64,000 nt of DNA, from the NCBI GenBank assembly GCA_964016885.1, contig OZ024749.1, positions 1,178,001 through 1,242,000 of the forward strand, given 5' to 3'. A model generated the notes under the pieces. It did no database searches. It was not told the DNA's origin and saw only the letters and a list, made by a program, of their open reading frames with translations. Positions 46,961-60,442 of the stretch are shown one piece after another (position 1 is the stretch's first letter; the number at the start of each line of letters is the position of its first letter). Position numbers and translations under genes: made by a program. The stretch is from Eledone cirrhosa. Lineage: Eukaryota.

Positions 46961-47506
46961 GACCAGTTTAGCCTGAGATAAACAAAGTGAAAGGGAAAAA
47001 AATCTTTATGACACAGAAGCTGGAGGAGTGCAGCACTTTATTGACCACACACACTGAGCAAGAACGGGATGTTTATATTGAGAACAAGTTGCTACTGCAG
47101 TAACAAGTATTTCTCAATCAATATCACATTAGTTAACAATACAACAATCATGTACTAGAACATTCAATTTTAGATTATTACACAAAGATGTTTTCACACC
47201 AATAGTCTATTGATGTTCACAACAAGCTTATACACCCACACACACACAGATATATGTGTGTGTATGTGTGTGTATGTGGGTGTGTGTGTGTGTGTGTGTG
47301 TGTGTGTACACACCCACACACACGTGTGTATGTGTGTGTGTGTGTGTACACACCCACACACACGTGTGTATGTGTGTGTGTGTGTGTACACACCCACACA
47401 TGTGTGTGTATATATATACACACATACACACACCCATACAGATATCTGTGTGTGTGGGTGTGTGTGTATATATACACACACAAAGATGTGCGTGTGCGTG
47501 TATGTA

Positions 47507-47546
<40 letters not shown>

Positions 47547-47899
47547 CACACACACATATACACATACACACATGATGATATACACAGATACATATATATA
47601 TATATATATACACCCATATGTGTACGCATGTCTAATCACTGTTCAACATCTATTATAAATATACACACACAAGATGAAGTGCATGATCTGATAAGCCAGA
47701 GATAGTTCCTGGTTAGAAATGATTTACATCACTTAAAAGAAAAACATGAAAATCCCAAAGACTGGTAACGTCAACCAGAAAATACAGGTTTGTGGGGACC
47801 TGCAACAGGAATGAACAGCCTATAAAACATATGACCTGGTTTCAACTCTAGATTACACCTACTTTTAATTGTCATAAGCTATTCAAATCATTTGAAAAC

Positions 47900-47945
<46 letters not shown>

Positions 47946-47949
<4 letters not shown>

Positions 47950-48215
47950 CTTTAAGTCGTTTGGAAGCCTCGACAATGCAGATGGGTAAATCTCCGGGTA
48001 ACAAGATCCGGTGGTGAAGAGAGAGAGATGTAAGTGGGTGTACGTTGAGATGCGTGGCCTGTATAAGACTGAAACGTGTAGAGGAATGTTACAGTCTTAT
48101 ACACGCCATGCATCTCAACGTACACCCACTTACATCTCTCTCTCCACCACCGGATCTTGTTACCCGCAGATTTACCCATCTGCATTGTCGAGGCTTCCAA
48201 ACGACTTAAAGAAAT
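47946..48215. repeat. Long inverted repeat (~125-bp arms, ~20-nt loop) embedded in (TA)n
   Basis: ATTTCTTTAAGTCGTTTGGAAGCCTCGACAATGCAG... pairs with ...CTGCATTGTCGAGGCTTCCAAACGACTTAAAGAAAT. Confidence 0.92.
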
Positions 48216-48244
48216 TTACCTTCTTATTCCACAATGCTTCAATA

Positions 48245-48286
<42 letters not shown>

Positions 48287-48419
48287 TATATATATACGTA
48301 TATACATATATATATACATAAATAAATATATATACGTATATACATATATATATACATACATATACATGTACATACATATATATATACATACATACATATA
48401 CATGTACATACACATATAC

Positions 48420-48548
48420 AAGCCAAATCAGTTCCTGTATGAGCAAGGCATGGTCAGCCGACCAGACACTGCCCACAACAGGACAACCCGTCTAACCCAT
48501 GCTAGCGTGGAAGAACGCACGTAAAACGGTGATGATGATGATGATGAT
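48420..48548 (+). mobile_element. RTE family A / SINE 3' tail fragment
   Basis: Matches 2514-2640. Confidence 0.88.
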
Positions 48549-48598
48549 ATATAGTGACGAAACATAAGTCAATTGCATGAACTCATAATCCTTTATTT

Positions 48599-48654
48599 AC
48601 TGCTATATATATTTCAATGATAGCCATTGAATGGCAATGACCTCATCAGGCAGT
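48599..48654 (-). ncRNA. Type I hammerhead ribozyme motif
   Basis: ACTGC-CTGATGA-GGTCATTGCCAT(TCA)ATGGCTATCATT-GAAA-TATATA-TA-GCAGT. Confidence 0.7.
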
Positions 48655-48765
48655 TAGTCAGTTCTTAGATATGCCAGCTCTGTGTTTATAGTGTTGATGG
48701 TATCAGAGCCTTGGGACATATGAGCTTGTTAGGAATAATTTAATGTTGTCAGCATAAATATATAA

Positions 48766-48806
<41 letters not shown>

Positions 48807-49140
48807 GAAAATATTATGAGACGAGTTAAGTAGAAGTGGTTACACAACACTCAGTTGAGGATCCACTAAGGTGAAACAATTGTTCTCGGTATGGTGAACT
48901 AACTGTTGTGTAACCACTTCTATATATATATATATATATATATATGTAGAAGTTCTATTTAAATTGTTGGGATACAACAAGCAAATATTTTTATAACTGA
49001 TATAAAGCACTCAACAAATTATTGGAGTAAAAATACGACTATCCGGGAGCTTCCAACAGAAATGGTCGCATTCTTTAGGGGTAGGTCAATATTTATTTAA
49101 GGGTATGTCAATATTTATTTATAAAACTGATCTATATTAT

Positions 49141-49203
49141 ATTTTATCTGATGAAAGCACACCATAATTTAACTTGGTGTCCTTGAAATATGTATAATGA
49201 AAT
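49141..49203 (+). ncRNA. Type I hammerhead ribozyme motif
   Basis: ATTTTAT-CTGATGA-AAGCACACCA(TAATTTAACT)TGGTGTCCTT-GAAA-TATGTA-TA-ATGAAAT. Confidence 0.75.
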
Positions 49204-49792
49204 AAATATGGTTTTATAAATATAGTTTCCATTTGTTAATATATTGTGTATATATATATATATATATATAGTGGAAGTGAGTAAAATCGAAGTTGTGGCG
49301 CTCGGCCAGCATCCACTAAAGAAACAACAATATTCGAAAGCTTTGCACGAAGCACTCAATAAGAAGATATCGATAAATCAAATTGAAAACTGTGGTTAAG
49401 GGGACAAAGCCACAGAAGATTGGAAGCACTCAACAAGAATGGTTTTCCGGAGTTATTAATATTAATTCAAAATATTAACAAAAATATATCTCTATACTTA
49501 TCTTAAATATATCTCTATACTTCTACTCGCTATATTATCCCCTCGTCTGTTTTTTCTCTCTGTCTTTCTTTTTTCTTTCCTCTTCAATAATTTAAATTAT
49601 TTGAATCTCTAACAGTTATGTAAATTGCTGTTATGTACTTATAAGCTTTCTCACATGCACCCTCTGTATTATATGTAAGTTTTTTCATGTTTCAATCTTA
49701 AGGTATATAAATATTGAGTTTTGTCATATCTTATTTACTACCATAACTGAATCTTAACCATCTACTATGTCAGGGTATGTCATGCATCATCT

Positions 49793-49859
49793 TATTTTAT
49801 CTGATGAGGACGTACTGTTGAAGATAGCTCAGTACCTCTGAAATATCTATAATAAAATA
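49793..49859 (+). ncRNA. Type I hammerhead ribozyme motif
   Basis: TATTTTAT-CTGATGA-GGACGTACTG(TTGAAGATAGCT)CAGTACCTCT-GAAA-TATCTA-TA-ATAAAATA. Confidence 0.78.
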
Positions 49860-49951
49860 TACTTGATCACAAGAATTGTCTATTTTTGTTAATATTTTGA
49901 ATTATTATTTATATATATATATATGTGTATGTATATATATATATGTATATA

Positions 49952-51276
49952 TCTAATATATATTTATGAAATGGGTGGTGGTTGAAATTCAGTTGTGCAT
50001 GGTTAAATGGTCGTAGACATGGTCGGACGGACATGAAAATTTACACACCTATGTAAAAAGTGCCAAGGAAGCAAATAGACGAGGTTTCAAATCTAACTTG
50101 AAAAATGTGGTCCCTAGGACTCCAAAACGGTCTATTTACTATCACTTTCGGGGAGTTATTTTCCGTAGTCGCTTTCAATATTCATTGTCTTATTTACAAT
50201 TTCATACAAATTTTTAAACTCATCAATTTTTTCATAACATATCAAACAACGTTCTTTCGCTGTTAACATACAGTACCGTTTTATGAAATCGATTCTGCAG
50301 TACCATTTTACGAAATGCCAAACCGAAAACAGTCACTGTTTTCCATCAAAAGAAATAAAACCCTTAAATTGCGAAGAAGGGACGCGTGTTCTCAGGTACG
50401 TTTTTTCCGATATCATTTTTATTTTAATTCCAATACATGTTAACCACCACTAACAGTAAGTAGTATTTTTCAAAGTGAAATGAAAAGTTTAAAGAATACA
50501 TGCATGTAAACTTAATGAATGGGATCTATAAGCCTTTGGGTTGCTGAGTTAATTCATTGTTTTTTTTTAAATATTCATTGTAAACTTAATGAATGGGATC
50601 TATAAGCCGTTTGGTTGCCGAGTTAATTAATTCAGTTTTTTTTTTATATTCATTGTAAACTTAAGGAATGGGATCTATAAGCCCTTTGGTTGCTGAGTTA
50701 ATTAATTCAGTTTTTTTTTTAATATTCATTGTCTTATTTAAAATAACTTATCAAAGACAACGTTATTTCGCTGTTAATAAACTGTTTCATTTTCATTTTC
50801 AATTACAGTTGCTCTATATTAAATTTAAATACTTCTATAACGATCATACAGTACCGTTTCATGAAATCGATTCCGCAGTAGAATTTTACGAAATGCCAAA
50901 CTGAAAAAGGTCACTGTTTTCTAACAAAAGAAATAAAACCCTTACATTGCGAACCCCCTGTTCTAATACTGGGGTTAGTTATTTCCCCCTCTTCTAATAA
51001 ACGTCTAATATATAAAGGTAAACTCAAAGTGTAAACTATCATACAATCCTTCAAAATCTGCATTTTCAAACTTGCATATCATCAACATTGCTATTTCGCT
51101 GTTAATAAACAACGCTTTTCACATCGCTCCACTTCTCATTGTATGCTGTCCAGCCCCAAGTGCATATTTCTATTTTTTTCCTGAAACTGCTTCTTTATAA
51201 TAAACTTTCAATAATATTTTTCAAATTATTAACTTAATAAAAAGTGGCCCCAGGTGCAACCAGGCTCAGCTGCTAG
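49952..51276 (+). mobile_element. Non-autonomous Helitron-like element of another family, with internal ~75-bp x3 repeat at 50506-50730
   Basis: 5' TCTAATATATA; 3' GC-rich CCAGGTGCAACCAGG then CTAG|T; internal duplication 50270-50373 / 50846-50953. Confidence 0.55.
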
Positions 51277-51390
51277 TATGTATGTATGTATGTATGTATG
51301 TATGTATGTATGTATGTATGTATATATGTGTGTGTGTATATATATGTGTGTGTGTGTTTATATATATGTGTGTATTTATGTATGTATGTT

Positions 51391-51422
<32 letters not shown>

Positions 51423-51937
51423 TGTATGTATGTATGTATGTATGTATGTATGTATGTATGTATATATGTATGTATGTATATATGTGTGTGTGTATATATA
51501 TATATATATGTGTGTGTTTATATATATATGTGTGTATTTATGTATGTATGTTTATATATATGGGTATGTATGTATGTATATATGTATGTATATGTATGTA
51601 TATGTGTATGTATGTATATATGTATGTATATGTGTATGTATGTATGTGTATATGTATGTATGTGTATATGTATGTATGTGTGTATGTGTGTGTATATATG
51701 TATGTATATATATATGTATGTATGTGTATATGTATGTATATGTGTATGTATGTATGTGTATATGTATGTATGTATGTATATATGTATGTATATATGTATG
51801 TATATATGTATGTATATATATATGTATGTATGTATGTATATGTATGTATATATATGTATATATGTATGCATATATGTATGTATGTATATATGTATGCATA
51901 TATGTATGTATGTATGTATGTATATGTGTATGTATAT
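51277..51937. repeat. (TATG/TA/TG)n compound microsatellite
   Basis: Read directly. Confidence 0.97.
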
Positions 51938-52350
51938 GGGAGAGATGACCCCTTAGCCTTTGTCAAGGCAGAATTCTAGGAGAAGGAAAACTCTGATATA
52001 ACACCTGCAACTCTGATGGTATCCAATGATGTTGACTTGTTCTTCTTTTTGGTAAATATCATCTTGGTTAAGAGAGTGGGACTGGCTTTGTGCAGTGCCT
52101 TTGCTCACTATAAAAGCTTCACGGCACAGGCATTGCTTTATATCTGGAGATCTCCCTGCACTTGTCGTCACATGATACCATGGGCCCAGCACTAAGTGTC
52201 AATAATTGTCACAAGTGTAGTGTTTGTACCAGAGTTTTCAAGTCACTGGCTGGACTAAAAAGTCACACTCGTTCAGTGCATCGGTAGGGGTTCTCCTACA
52301 TGGATATAAAGTAGTGGCCGTACTCGAAAACGAGTTGGCAGCCACCATGT
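51938..52350 (+). mobile_element. Dispersed repeat, probably a LINE (RTE-type) 5'UTR
   Basis: 51938-52053 is nearly identical to 63885-64000. Diverged relatives at 61645-61920 (-) and 37470-37530 (-). Contains a GGAGAAGGAAAACTCTGA motif. Confidence 0.6.
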
Positions 52351-52521
52351 ATATATGTATGTATATATGTATGTATCACCACCACCCCACTCTCAAGAGC
52401 GTGAAACTAATAAACCTTTGTTCGTACTGCCTCTGTTTTGTTCCTGTTCAATTTTTTACTATATATGTATATATATATATATGTATATATGTATATATGT
52501 ATATATATGTATATATGTATG

Positions 52522-52574
<53 letters not shown>

Positions 52575-52576
52575 AT

Positions 52577-52982
52577 ATCATCATCATCATCATCATCATC
52601 ATCACCGTTTTACGTCCGTTCTTCCACGCTAGCATGGGTTAGACGGGTTGTCCTGTTGTGGGCAGTGTCTGGTCGGCTGACCATGCCTTGCTCATACAGG
52701 AACTGATTTGGCTTGATTTCTACAGCTGGATGCCCTTCCTAACACCAACCTCATTTACAGTGAGTGCTGGGTGCTTTTTTGCCGTGGCACCTCCATGACC
52801 ACTTTACAGTGGAATGATAGGGATCCCAGTCCCTATCATCTCATTTCTACACCTGAGTAAACTGGAACAATGTGAAATAAAGTGTCTTGCTCAAGGTAAC
52901 AACACATCACCCGGTCTGAGAATTGAACTCACAACCTTTCGATTGCAAGGCCAATGCGCTAACAACTAAGCCATGTGCCTCC
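52577..52982 (-). mobile_element. tRNA-derived CORE-like SINE (family 1) with RTE family A tail
   Basis: Same head and body as 13051-13381, but the 3' ~200 nt match 2428-2640. Confidence 0.92.
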
Positions 52983-53036
52983 AGTTATATACACACACAC
53001 ACATATCTATATATATATATATATACACACACACAC

Positions 53037-53102
<66 letters not shown>

Positions 53103-53740
53103 CTAAATGTTATGAAAATATTTTTTTCATATATTAACTTGAAAAACATCTAATATATATAGAAAAAACTGTTCTGGAAGAAAGATATTATTTATCGTTT
53201 TATATGTAATACTCGCGTTTTTCAACTTATTTTATGGAAACATATTTTGTATATCGTTAAAATTTATATAAATTATGCTCTGAGCTTAATGTTCAGTGAG
53301 CTTTCTTAGTTGATTAACTTAATCAATAAACATTATCTATGTATAGATTTAACCATCATCATCAGCATTTAGCGTCCAATTTTCCATGTTAGCATGGGTT
53401 AGATGGGTCGCCCGCGCTGGGGAGCAAGTCTGGCCAGAATTGGCCATGTCGCACCTTGCTCCAGCAAGGACTGTACCATATATATAATATATATATATAT
53501 ATATGTATATGTGTGTGTGTATCATTCCATTATGAATTATGGGTGCACATATACACACACCTATATATACACAGTGAAATGCTTTACACTAAAACATTGG
53601 TTCATACCTGCAAGTGTTTCAACCTATTACAACTGCATTTTCATTTACAAATAATTTTGAATATAATCAAGAATTTGAAGAGATTTACTCATAACTCTTT
53701 CGTTATTTAGCTTATGTTTGGAACATGATTGAACACAAAG

Positions 53741-54260
53741 TTCTTCTTTACCCACTTATTCCTGTGGGGGTAGAGTCCTCAAACACTCCTTCCAGAAGCA
53801 ACCGTCTCCAACTGATCTGGCTGGAACCCCAAGCGAGACCAGCCAGGCTCATGGATGTCATCCAACCATCTTGCTCAGGGTCTACTCCTGGGTCTCCTGC
53901 CGGTTGGTGTTGCCTGTAAAATGTGCCCAGCAATTCTCTCCTGAGACATTCTAACCACATGCCCATAGTATCGGAGCTGTGATCTCTCAATTCAGAGAAG
54001 TAGGGGCTCTACCTGGAGTGACCCTCCAGTGATTCTTTCCTGAGACATTCTAACCTCATGTCCATAGTATCAGAGCTGTGATCTCTCAATTCAGAGAAGT
54101 AGGGGCTCTACCTGGAGTGACCCTCCAGTGATTCTTTCCTGAGACATTCTAACCTCATGTCCATAGTATCAGAGCTGTGATCTCTCAATTCAGAGAAGTA
54201 GGGGGCTCTACCTGGAGTGACTGGCTCATCTCTGAGCTAAGAACTCTATCGAGTTACATT
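53741..54260 (-). mobile_element. RTE (Rex3/Expander-like) 3' fragment with internal ~98-bp triplication
   Basis: Homologous to 28330-28606; unit CTGAGACATTCTAAC...GGCTCTACCTGGAGTGAC occurs three times. Confidence 0.75.
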
Positions 54261-54660
54261 ACTATTGAGGAAATCCTTCCCATTGCTCCACTCTTCTCAA
54301 CCTACTATACTACTACTACTAAAACTACTACTGCAACTACTACTACTACTACTACTAAAACTTCTACTGCAACTTCACCCAAGAAAACTATCAGAATAAT
54401 AATAATTGTTTCTACTTTTGGCACAAGGCCAGCAATTTGAAAAGGAAAGATTAAATTGACACCAGTGCATTACTGGTACTTTATTTTATCAACTCTGTAA
54501 GGATGAAAGGTAAAGCTAACCTTGGTGAGATTTGACTTCAGAACATAAAGGGCCAGAACTATGCCACAAAGGATGTTTGACATTTTGCCAATGATTTCTT
54601 TTATTGACCATAAGAGGCCAAGACATTGGGGCCAATACAAAGACAACAGAGAGTGGGGTT

Positions 54661-55196
54661 TCATCACCGTTCTACGTCCGTTCTTCCACGCTAGCATGGG
54701 TTAGACGGGTTGTCCTGTTGTGGGCAGTGTCTGGTCGGCTGACCATGCCTTGCTCATACAGGAACTGATTTTGGCTCGATTTCTACAGCTGGATGCCCTT
54801 CCTAACACCAACCTCATTTACAGTGTGGGCTGGGTGCTTTTTTGTCGTGGCACCTCCACGACCACCTTGCAGTGGGAGGGTGTGGGGGCATATTGTCTAT
54901 ATGCTTCAGCTTGTACCCATGGGAGGTCGGGTACTCTGTATTACTGCGTGACGCCAGAGGTCACGGTCGTGTGTCATTGCCTTTGAAAGGTGTAATTGGG
55001 TAAGGTCGGCTTTTATCACCTCATCCCAGGTCTTTTTGGGTCTCCCCACTCCGCGGTTTCCATTGACTTCTAGTGCTCTGCACCTTTTTATGCAGCTGTC
55101 ATCCTTCATACGCATCACATGTCCATACCAACGCAACCGCCTCTCCTGCACACAGCATTTGATTCCTCTTATGCTCAGTCTCTCTCTCAATTCATT
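54661..55196 (-). mobile_element. RTE family A, 5'-truncated copy
   Basis: Reverse complement of ~2095-2630 with few differences (RERLSIRGIKCCVQERRLRWYGHVMRM...TRPPMGTS). Confidence 0.93.
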
Positions 55197-55814
55197 TATG
55201 CTTTACATCAAGTAAAGGAAAATCACTGAAGTGAGTTGGTTTAGCAAAAATAGAAATTGTAATAAATATACATACAAGCATGGTAAAGTGGCCCTAAAAA
55301 CGATGATGATAATGATGATATATCAGTAAACAATATCAAATGTCAACAAGGACAAGTACCCATTAATTAGTGCACTTTCGAGTGATTCCAGGGAGAAAAC
55401 CCCACACAAAACTAATAGTAATAATTGTTTCTACTTTTGGCACAAGACCAGCAATTATCCCAGTGCATTACTGGTACTTTATTTTATCGACCCCATAAGG
55501 ATGAAAGGCAAAGTTAACCTCGATGGGATTTGAACTCAGATCATAAAGGGAGGTAACTATGCTGCAAATCATGGCGTCCGACCCTCTACCGATACTGCCA
55601 ATTCATAATAATAATGGTTTCTGATTTAGGTACAAAGTCAACAATTTTGAGGGGAGGAGAAAATCAATTAGATCGACCCCAGTGTGATACTGGTACTTTA
55701 TTTTATCGACCACATAACAAAACTAACCTCAGCGGGATATGAACACAACATAAAAGGTTATAAACTATGTTGCAAGGCATGTTGTTCAACGCTCTACTAC
55801 TAATAATGTCCATA

Positions 55815-56368
55815 ATGATTGATCATATCAGTTTTGATACTAGGATTGTGAAGAAAGTAAATGAAAAGCCAGAAAACTACAACACCTTAAAATTTGAGAT
55901 TACAAGAATTTGAACGTGAAATCTGTAAAGATTGTGCCTGTGATAATTGGTGTAGGTGGGACTGAGAGTGATGGAACAGACAAATGAATAAAGGAGATTG
56001 GTATGGAGTGTTCTGTAGAACTTATACAGAAAGTTGGGATCAGGGAAGATCATCAGAAGGGTTTGAGCCCCTGATCATCGTCATCATCATCACCGTTTTA
56101 CATCCATTCTTCCATGCTAGCATGGGTTAGACAAGTTGTCCTGTTGTGGGTAATGCCAGGTCAGATGACCTTGTCTTGCTCATACAGAACTGTTTCTGGC
56201 TTGATTTCTACAGCTGGATGCCTTTCCTAACACCAACCTCATTTATAGTGAGGCTTACCTGATGGGATACTAAAATTCTGTAGATACATAAGTTACAGGT
56301 AGTGACCCACTAACCACACAAATCTTACCAGGAATAAAATCAATCCTGAAGCAACAAAGAATAATAAT
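55815..56368 (+). mobile_element. Dong/R4-like non-LTR 3' remnant (REL endonuclease), interrupted by an RTE/SINE tail at 56073-56252 (-)
   Basis: FDTRIVKKVNEKPENYNTLKFEITRI*..KSVKIVPVIIGVGGT...IGMECSVELIQK; ends in AATAATAAT. Confidence 0.7.
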
Positions 56369-57263
56369 ACATCATGTTGGAAATATATAGCTCTAATCTA
56401 AACCAACACTTTAACATATCGCTTGGCTTCTAAGGAGTTCCTCTTTTCTCAAAATGAAGACTTCATGCGTTTTGGTCTTGCGACTATCTCTTAAAGCAAG
56501 ATTGTAAAGATAACACAAGTTATGCCATTTAATAAATTCAAATAACTTCCCATAATAATAATATAGACTATAATGATACTGATCAAAATTTTAAATATGC
56601 AAAAGTTAGAAAGAAAAAAAATATTCAAATTCAAACCTAAATTCTCACTCTTATAATTAACATATTTCTTCATAATTGTAGTTTAGTTTTAGTCTTTCAA
56701 AATGATAAAAAAGTAACCACAACGGTTACTCACGATTGAGTAAGACTTGGTAGTATGTACCAAGGGTATTTAGGTGCCCATGCAGACATAGACAACCCAC
56801 TCAACCTTCCCTTCCACTATAACACCCAGGATGTGATGGATGAAGAGACTGCACCATCACTAGGCTGCTACTTTTAACTCTGAATGGATGAAAGACTAAG
56901 TAGATCTTACCAAGATTTGAACTCAGAACAGCTGGGACTAATATCCAGCACTCTAATCACTTGGTCACATCAGCCACATTTTACATTTAAACATTTAAAA
57001 CCTTTAAAGGTTTAAATATTTTGTTTTCACTGTTTAATCAAGGAGGGAATTACAGTTTCCATGGTGCTTGTCAAAGTCTCTGAGATTGATGAGAGTGGGG
57101 TGGAGAAGATGATAACTTCAAACTAAGGACCTACCTGGTCGAAATTCCTGCAACAGAGTGGACTCTGCTAAAGGCCACCAAGGACCAGGTGGTAGTGTTA
57201 AACCAGGCAAATACTAAAGACACTACAAGGGCCAGATGGTGGCATTATACCAGGCAATAAATA

Positions 57264-58300
57264 CATTGGGCTGGCCAAAAAGTCTGTTCGGTTTTTGTTG
57301 ACACTAAACTTCAAGCACTCTAAGTAGCTAACTTCAGTTTGTCCTTTGAGCATCATTAGATAGTCGACACTTCAACGTAGGTAACATGAACTTGTGAGAA
57401 GACAGGCTTTATTTTGTGTGCTTGAGGTCATCTTGAAAATGGAGAACCAAAATGAACATTATTGACACCTCATCCTTTTTTATTTAAAAACAAAGGCAAG
57501 AAAGCAGCAGAAACCTGCAGGAAGATGTGCACTGTATTCAGAGAAGATGCTGTTAAGGAACATGTGTGCCAGTGATGGTTTTCAAGATTTTGATAGAGAA
57601 AGTTTTCAGTTCAAGATGCACCTCGCTCTGGCTGGTCAACTGAGATTAACAGCAACAAAATGAACGAGTTAGATGACACCAATCCCTATTATACAACTAG
57701 GATGACAGCAAATATTCTCCAAATATACAAATTGAGAATCATCTGCATCAACTTGATTACATCAGCAGGTTTAATGTTTGGATCCACATCAATTGAATGA
57801 GGCTAAACTCGCCCAATGGATTTCCATCTGCGATATTTTACAGAAACATAAAGTGATTCTTTTTGAAAAATGTACTGCTTATAAGAATGTGAAGTGGAAA
57901 CGATGATGGTGGAAGTGAGGCAAACCACCACAAACCTAAAAAAATAAAAAACTTCACCCAAAGAACATTATGCTTTCGATTTGGTGGAATTGGATGTGCG
58001 TCTTCTTTTACGAGCTTCTTCCCACAGACATGACCATCAATTCGGATGTATACTGTGACTAGCTGGACAAATTAAATGCAGCAATTCACCGGAAGTGTCC
58101 AGCACATGCTTTCATCACCATAATGCCAGACTGCACACTTCTTTGCTGATGAGGCAAAGGTTACTGGAGCTTAATGAGAAGTTTTGCCATCCCCTCCATA
58201 TTTACCCAACATTGTGCCGTCAGATTTCCACTTATCTCAGTCTCTTCAAAAATAGTTGAATGGACAGACCTTCAACTCTGAAAAGGTTGTAAAAATTCCC
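57264..58300 (+). pseudogene. Decayed mariner transposon, 3' end lost
   Basis: TIR-like ATTGGGCTGGCCAAAAAGTCTGTTCGGTTTT. From the ATG at 57439: MENQNEHY*HLILF..KGKKAAETCRKMCTVF...WFSRF...DAPRSG...HHNARLH...PPYLPNIVPSDFHL (a YSPDLAP variant). Confidence 0.88.
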
Positions 58301-58339
58301 TTAAATTCACAATTTTCAAATGTCATGCTTATCTGTCCG

Positions 58340-58520
58340 TGGCAGTATCGGTAGAGGGTTGGATGCTATGCTTTCTAGCATAGTTACGCCCCTTTACGGT
58401 CTGAGTTCAAATCCCGTCGAGGTTAACTTTACCTTTCATCTTTACAGGGTCGATAAAATAAAGTACCAGTAATGTACTGGGTAATTGCTGGCCTTGTGCC
58501 AAAAGTAGAAACAATTATTT
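58340..58520 (+). mobile_element. SINE family 2 copy
   Basis: TGGCAGTATCGGTAGAG...GAGTTCAAATCCC...GGCCTTGTGCCAAAAGTAGAAACAATTATT. Confidence 0.88.
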
Positions 58521-58679
58521 TGAGTTAATCATACTCAAGAGGGTTATCAATTTTATTTGTTTGTAATTTTCTTAATTTTCTATGTGCAGGCTTGAAATTT
58601 TGTCAGATGTTTAAATATGAATAATTTACAATTTTACCTGATTTTGGGGGTTAAATTTGACTTTTATGGTCAGGTGAAA

Positions 58680-59526
58680 TTAATTAATAGGGGCATTTGA
58701 AGTATCAACCAGGTGCAAATACTGGTTTAATTTTAAATACGTTGTTTTTGGCATAATACTTGATATATAAGGATCACTAAACCTTACATCAGTACTCCAG
58801 TAATTCCACAGTCTTGGAAATTGTTTTATACCGAACATAATATTTACGGTAAAAATGCTTGCATTTCTGCAGCATCTGTCAGTCGCCATAACAGATCGGG
58901 TTTTCCTTGATTTGAAATCTGTTGTTGGGCATATCGATTAATCTCTTCTTCCACAACTTCGAAGAAAGTCTGTGGTAAAAACAAAAAGAAACAATCCAGT
59001 GCTTTAACATCGGGTGTTGTAGACCAGTATTTTGAATAAAATCGGGAACATTTATTGGTGTGGTATTTTTCAACCACGTTGCTGTAATATTTTCAATGGC
59101 GTCCTGGAGACCTCCATTTTCACTTTCAAAACAACAATCATCATCGGATGAAATTTCAGAAATATAAACATCAGATTCATTTGAAGATAAATCACTAATA
59201 TTATCTTTTGTTTCTTGTTTATTCTGAATGTCGTCGTGTGTAAAACCTTCAAAGTCAGTATCGCTACTTTCATAAGCCATGTTGATACACAAAAAATCTG
59301 TTCTACTTTCAATGTTAAAAAAATACGTTTTAAGTTGTTTCACTACATTAAGTGTTAATTTTCGCAGTAAGGTCCTAATCTCGCAGTAATATCGAATTGA
59401 CGAGATTTTGATGATGGTATTGTTTATTTTTAGAACGATATTTTAGTGTGGGTGTTTCGGGTGGTTTGAACAAATGAAGGGGAAATAATTTCAGCCGGTT
59501 TCGGGCAGTTTGAACACTAAAGGGCT
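58680..59526 (-). pseudogene. Decayed piggyBac transposon 5' half (PGBD4-like transposase N-terminus)
   Basis: Acidic N-terminus MAYESSDTDFEGF; ALDCFFLFLPQTFFEVVEEEINRYAQQ; W..TDAAEMQAF; FGIKQFPRLWNYWSTD...ISSIMP...KLNQYLHLVD, across frameshifts. End CCCTTTAGTGTTCAAAC near 59524. Confidence 0.85.
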
Positions 59527-60442
59527 AGAAGTGTTTTTTGTCAGAAAAAAAAACAGGAAATTCTTTACGCTGGGAATAATAGATTAGTCCACAAGATGGC
59601 AGAAGATACTGGAATGAAACTGTAATTATATCATTGATTGAATAAATAGCTTTGTTTAAAACGTATGTCTATTTTAGCTTTAAAAACTGATCAAACTTTC
59701 TGGCAAATATGTGTGGGTGTATGTATGTATATATATATATGGAAAGCATGTGTGCATTCAGTTAGCCAGTGTGTGTGTGTGTGTACATACACACCCACAT
59801 ATATATATAGAGAGAGAGAGTGAGAGATATTGTATGTATGTGTACATACTATGAATATTGGCATAAGGCCACAAATATATTAAGAGATTGATAACTGTCA
59901 GTATATTAATGATATTTTATAGACTGAAGTAAAGATGAAAATATAGGATGGATTTGAACAGAGAACATAGAGGCATGAACCACCCACCGCCGTCACATAC
60001 CGAGTGTTTGGGTAGACTTTACAGTGATGACTGGGTGCTTTTTGTCGTGACACCTATACGACCAATTTACAGTGTGGACTGTTTTTTGTCGTGACACCTA
60101 CACGACCAATTTACAGTGTGGACTGCGTGCTTTTTAATGCCTTATTAAAATTAGGGTGGTGGGAACTGCTGTAAAATATAGGTCCCATGATGTTTGGAAA
60201 ATCATTTAACGATTCTGCAACAAAAGTTTGGGAATCAATGGTCTAAATATAAAACGTCAAAACAGATGGGATGGTCAGGATTAGAGTGACTTTGATCATG
60301 AGTTTGCTCGATAAAGGTTAACCTGGGGCTAAACAACAATAGCTGATATATTGAAAATATGAAAGAAGAGAGTAATCAATATATAGGAGAATTTATTCAT
60401 TTATTGGAAATCTGTTTTACTATATATATATATATATATATA

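Noticed and set aside
51254-51979. Tyr/Val/Cys/Met-rich ORFs, and similar ones at 5379-5906, 47194-47705 and 61839-62366
   Set aside because: Microsatellite translations.
58680-59343. Domesticated PGBD gene
   Set aside because: Frameshifted and truncated before the catalytic DDD core.
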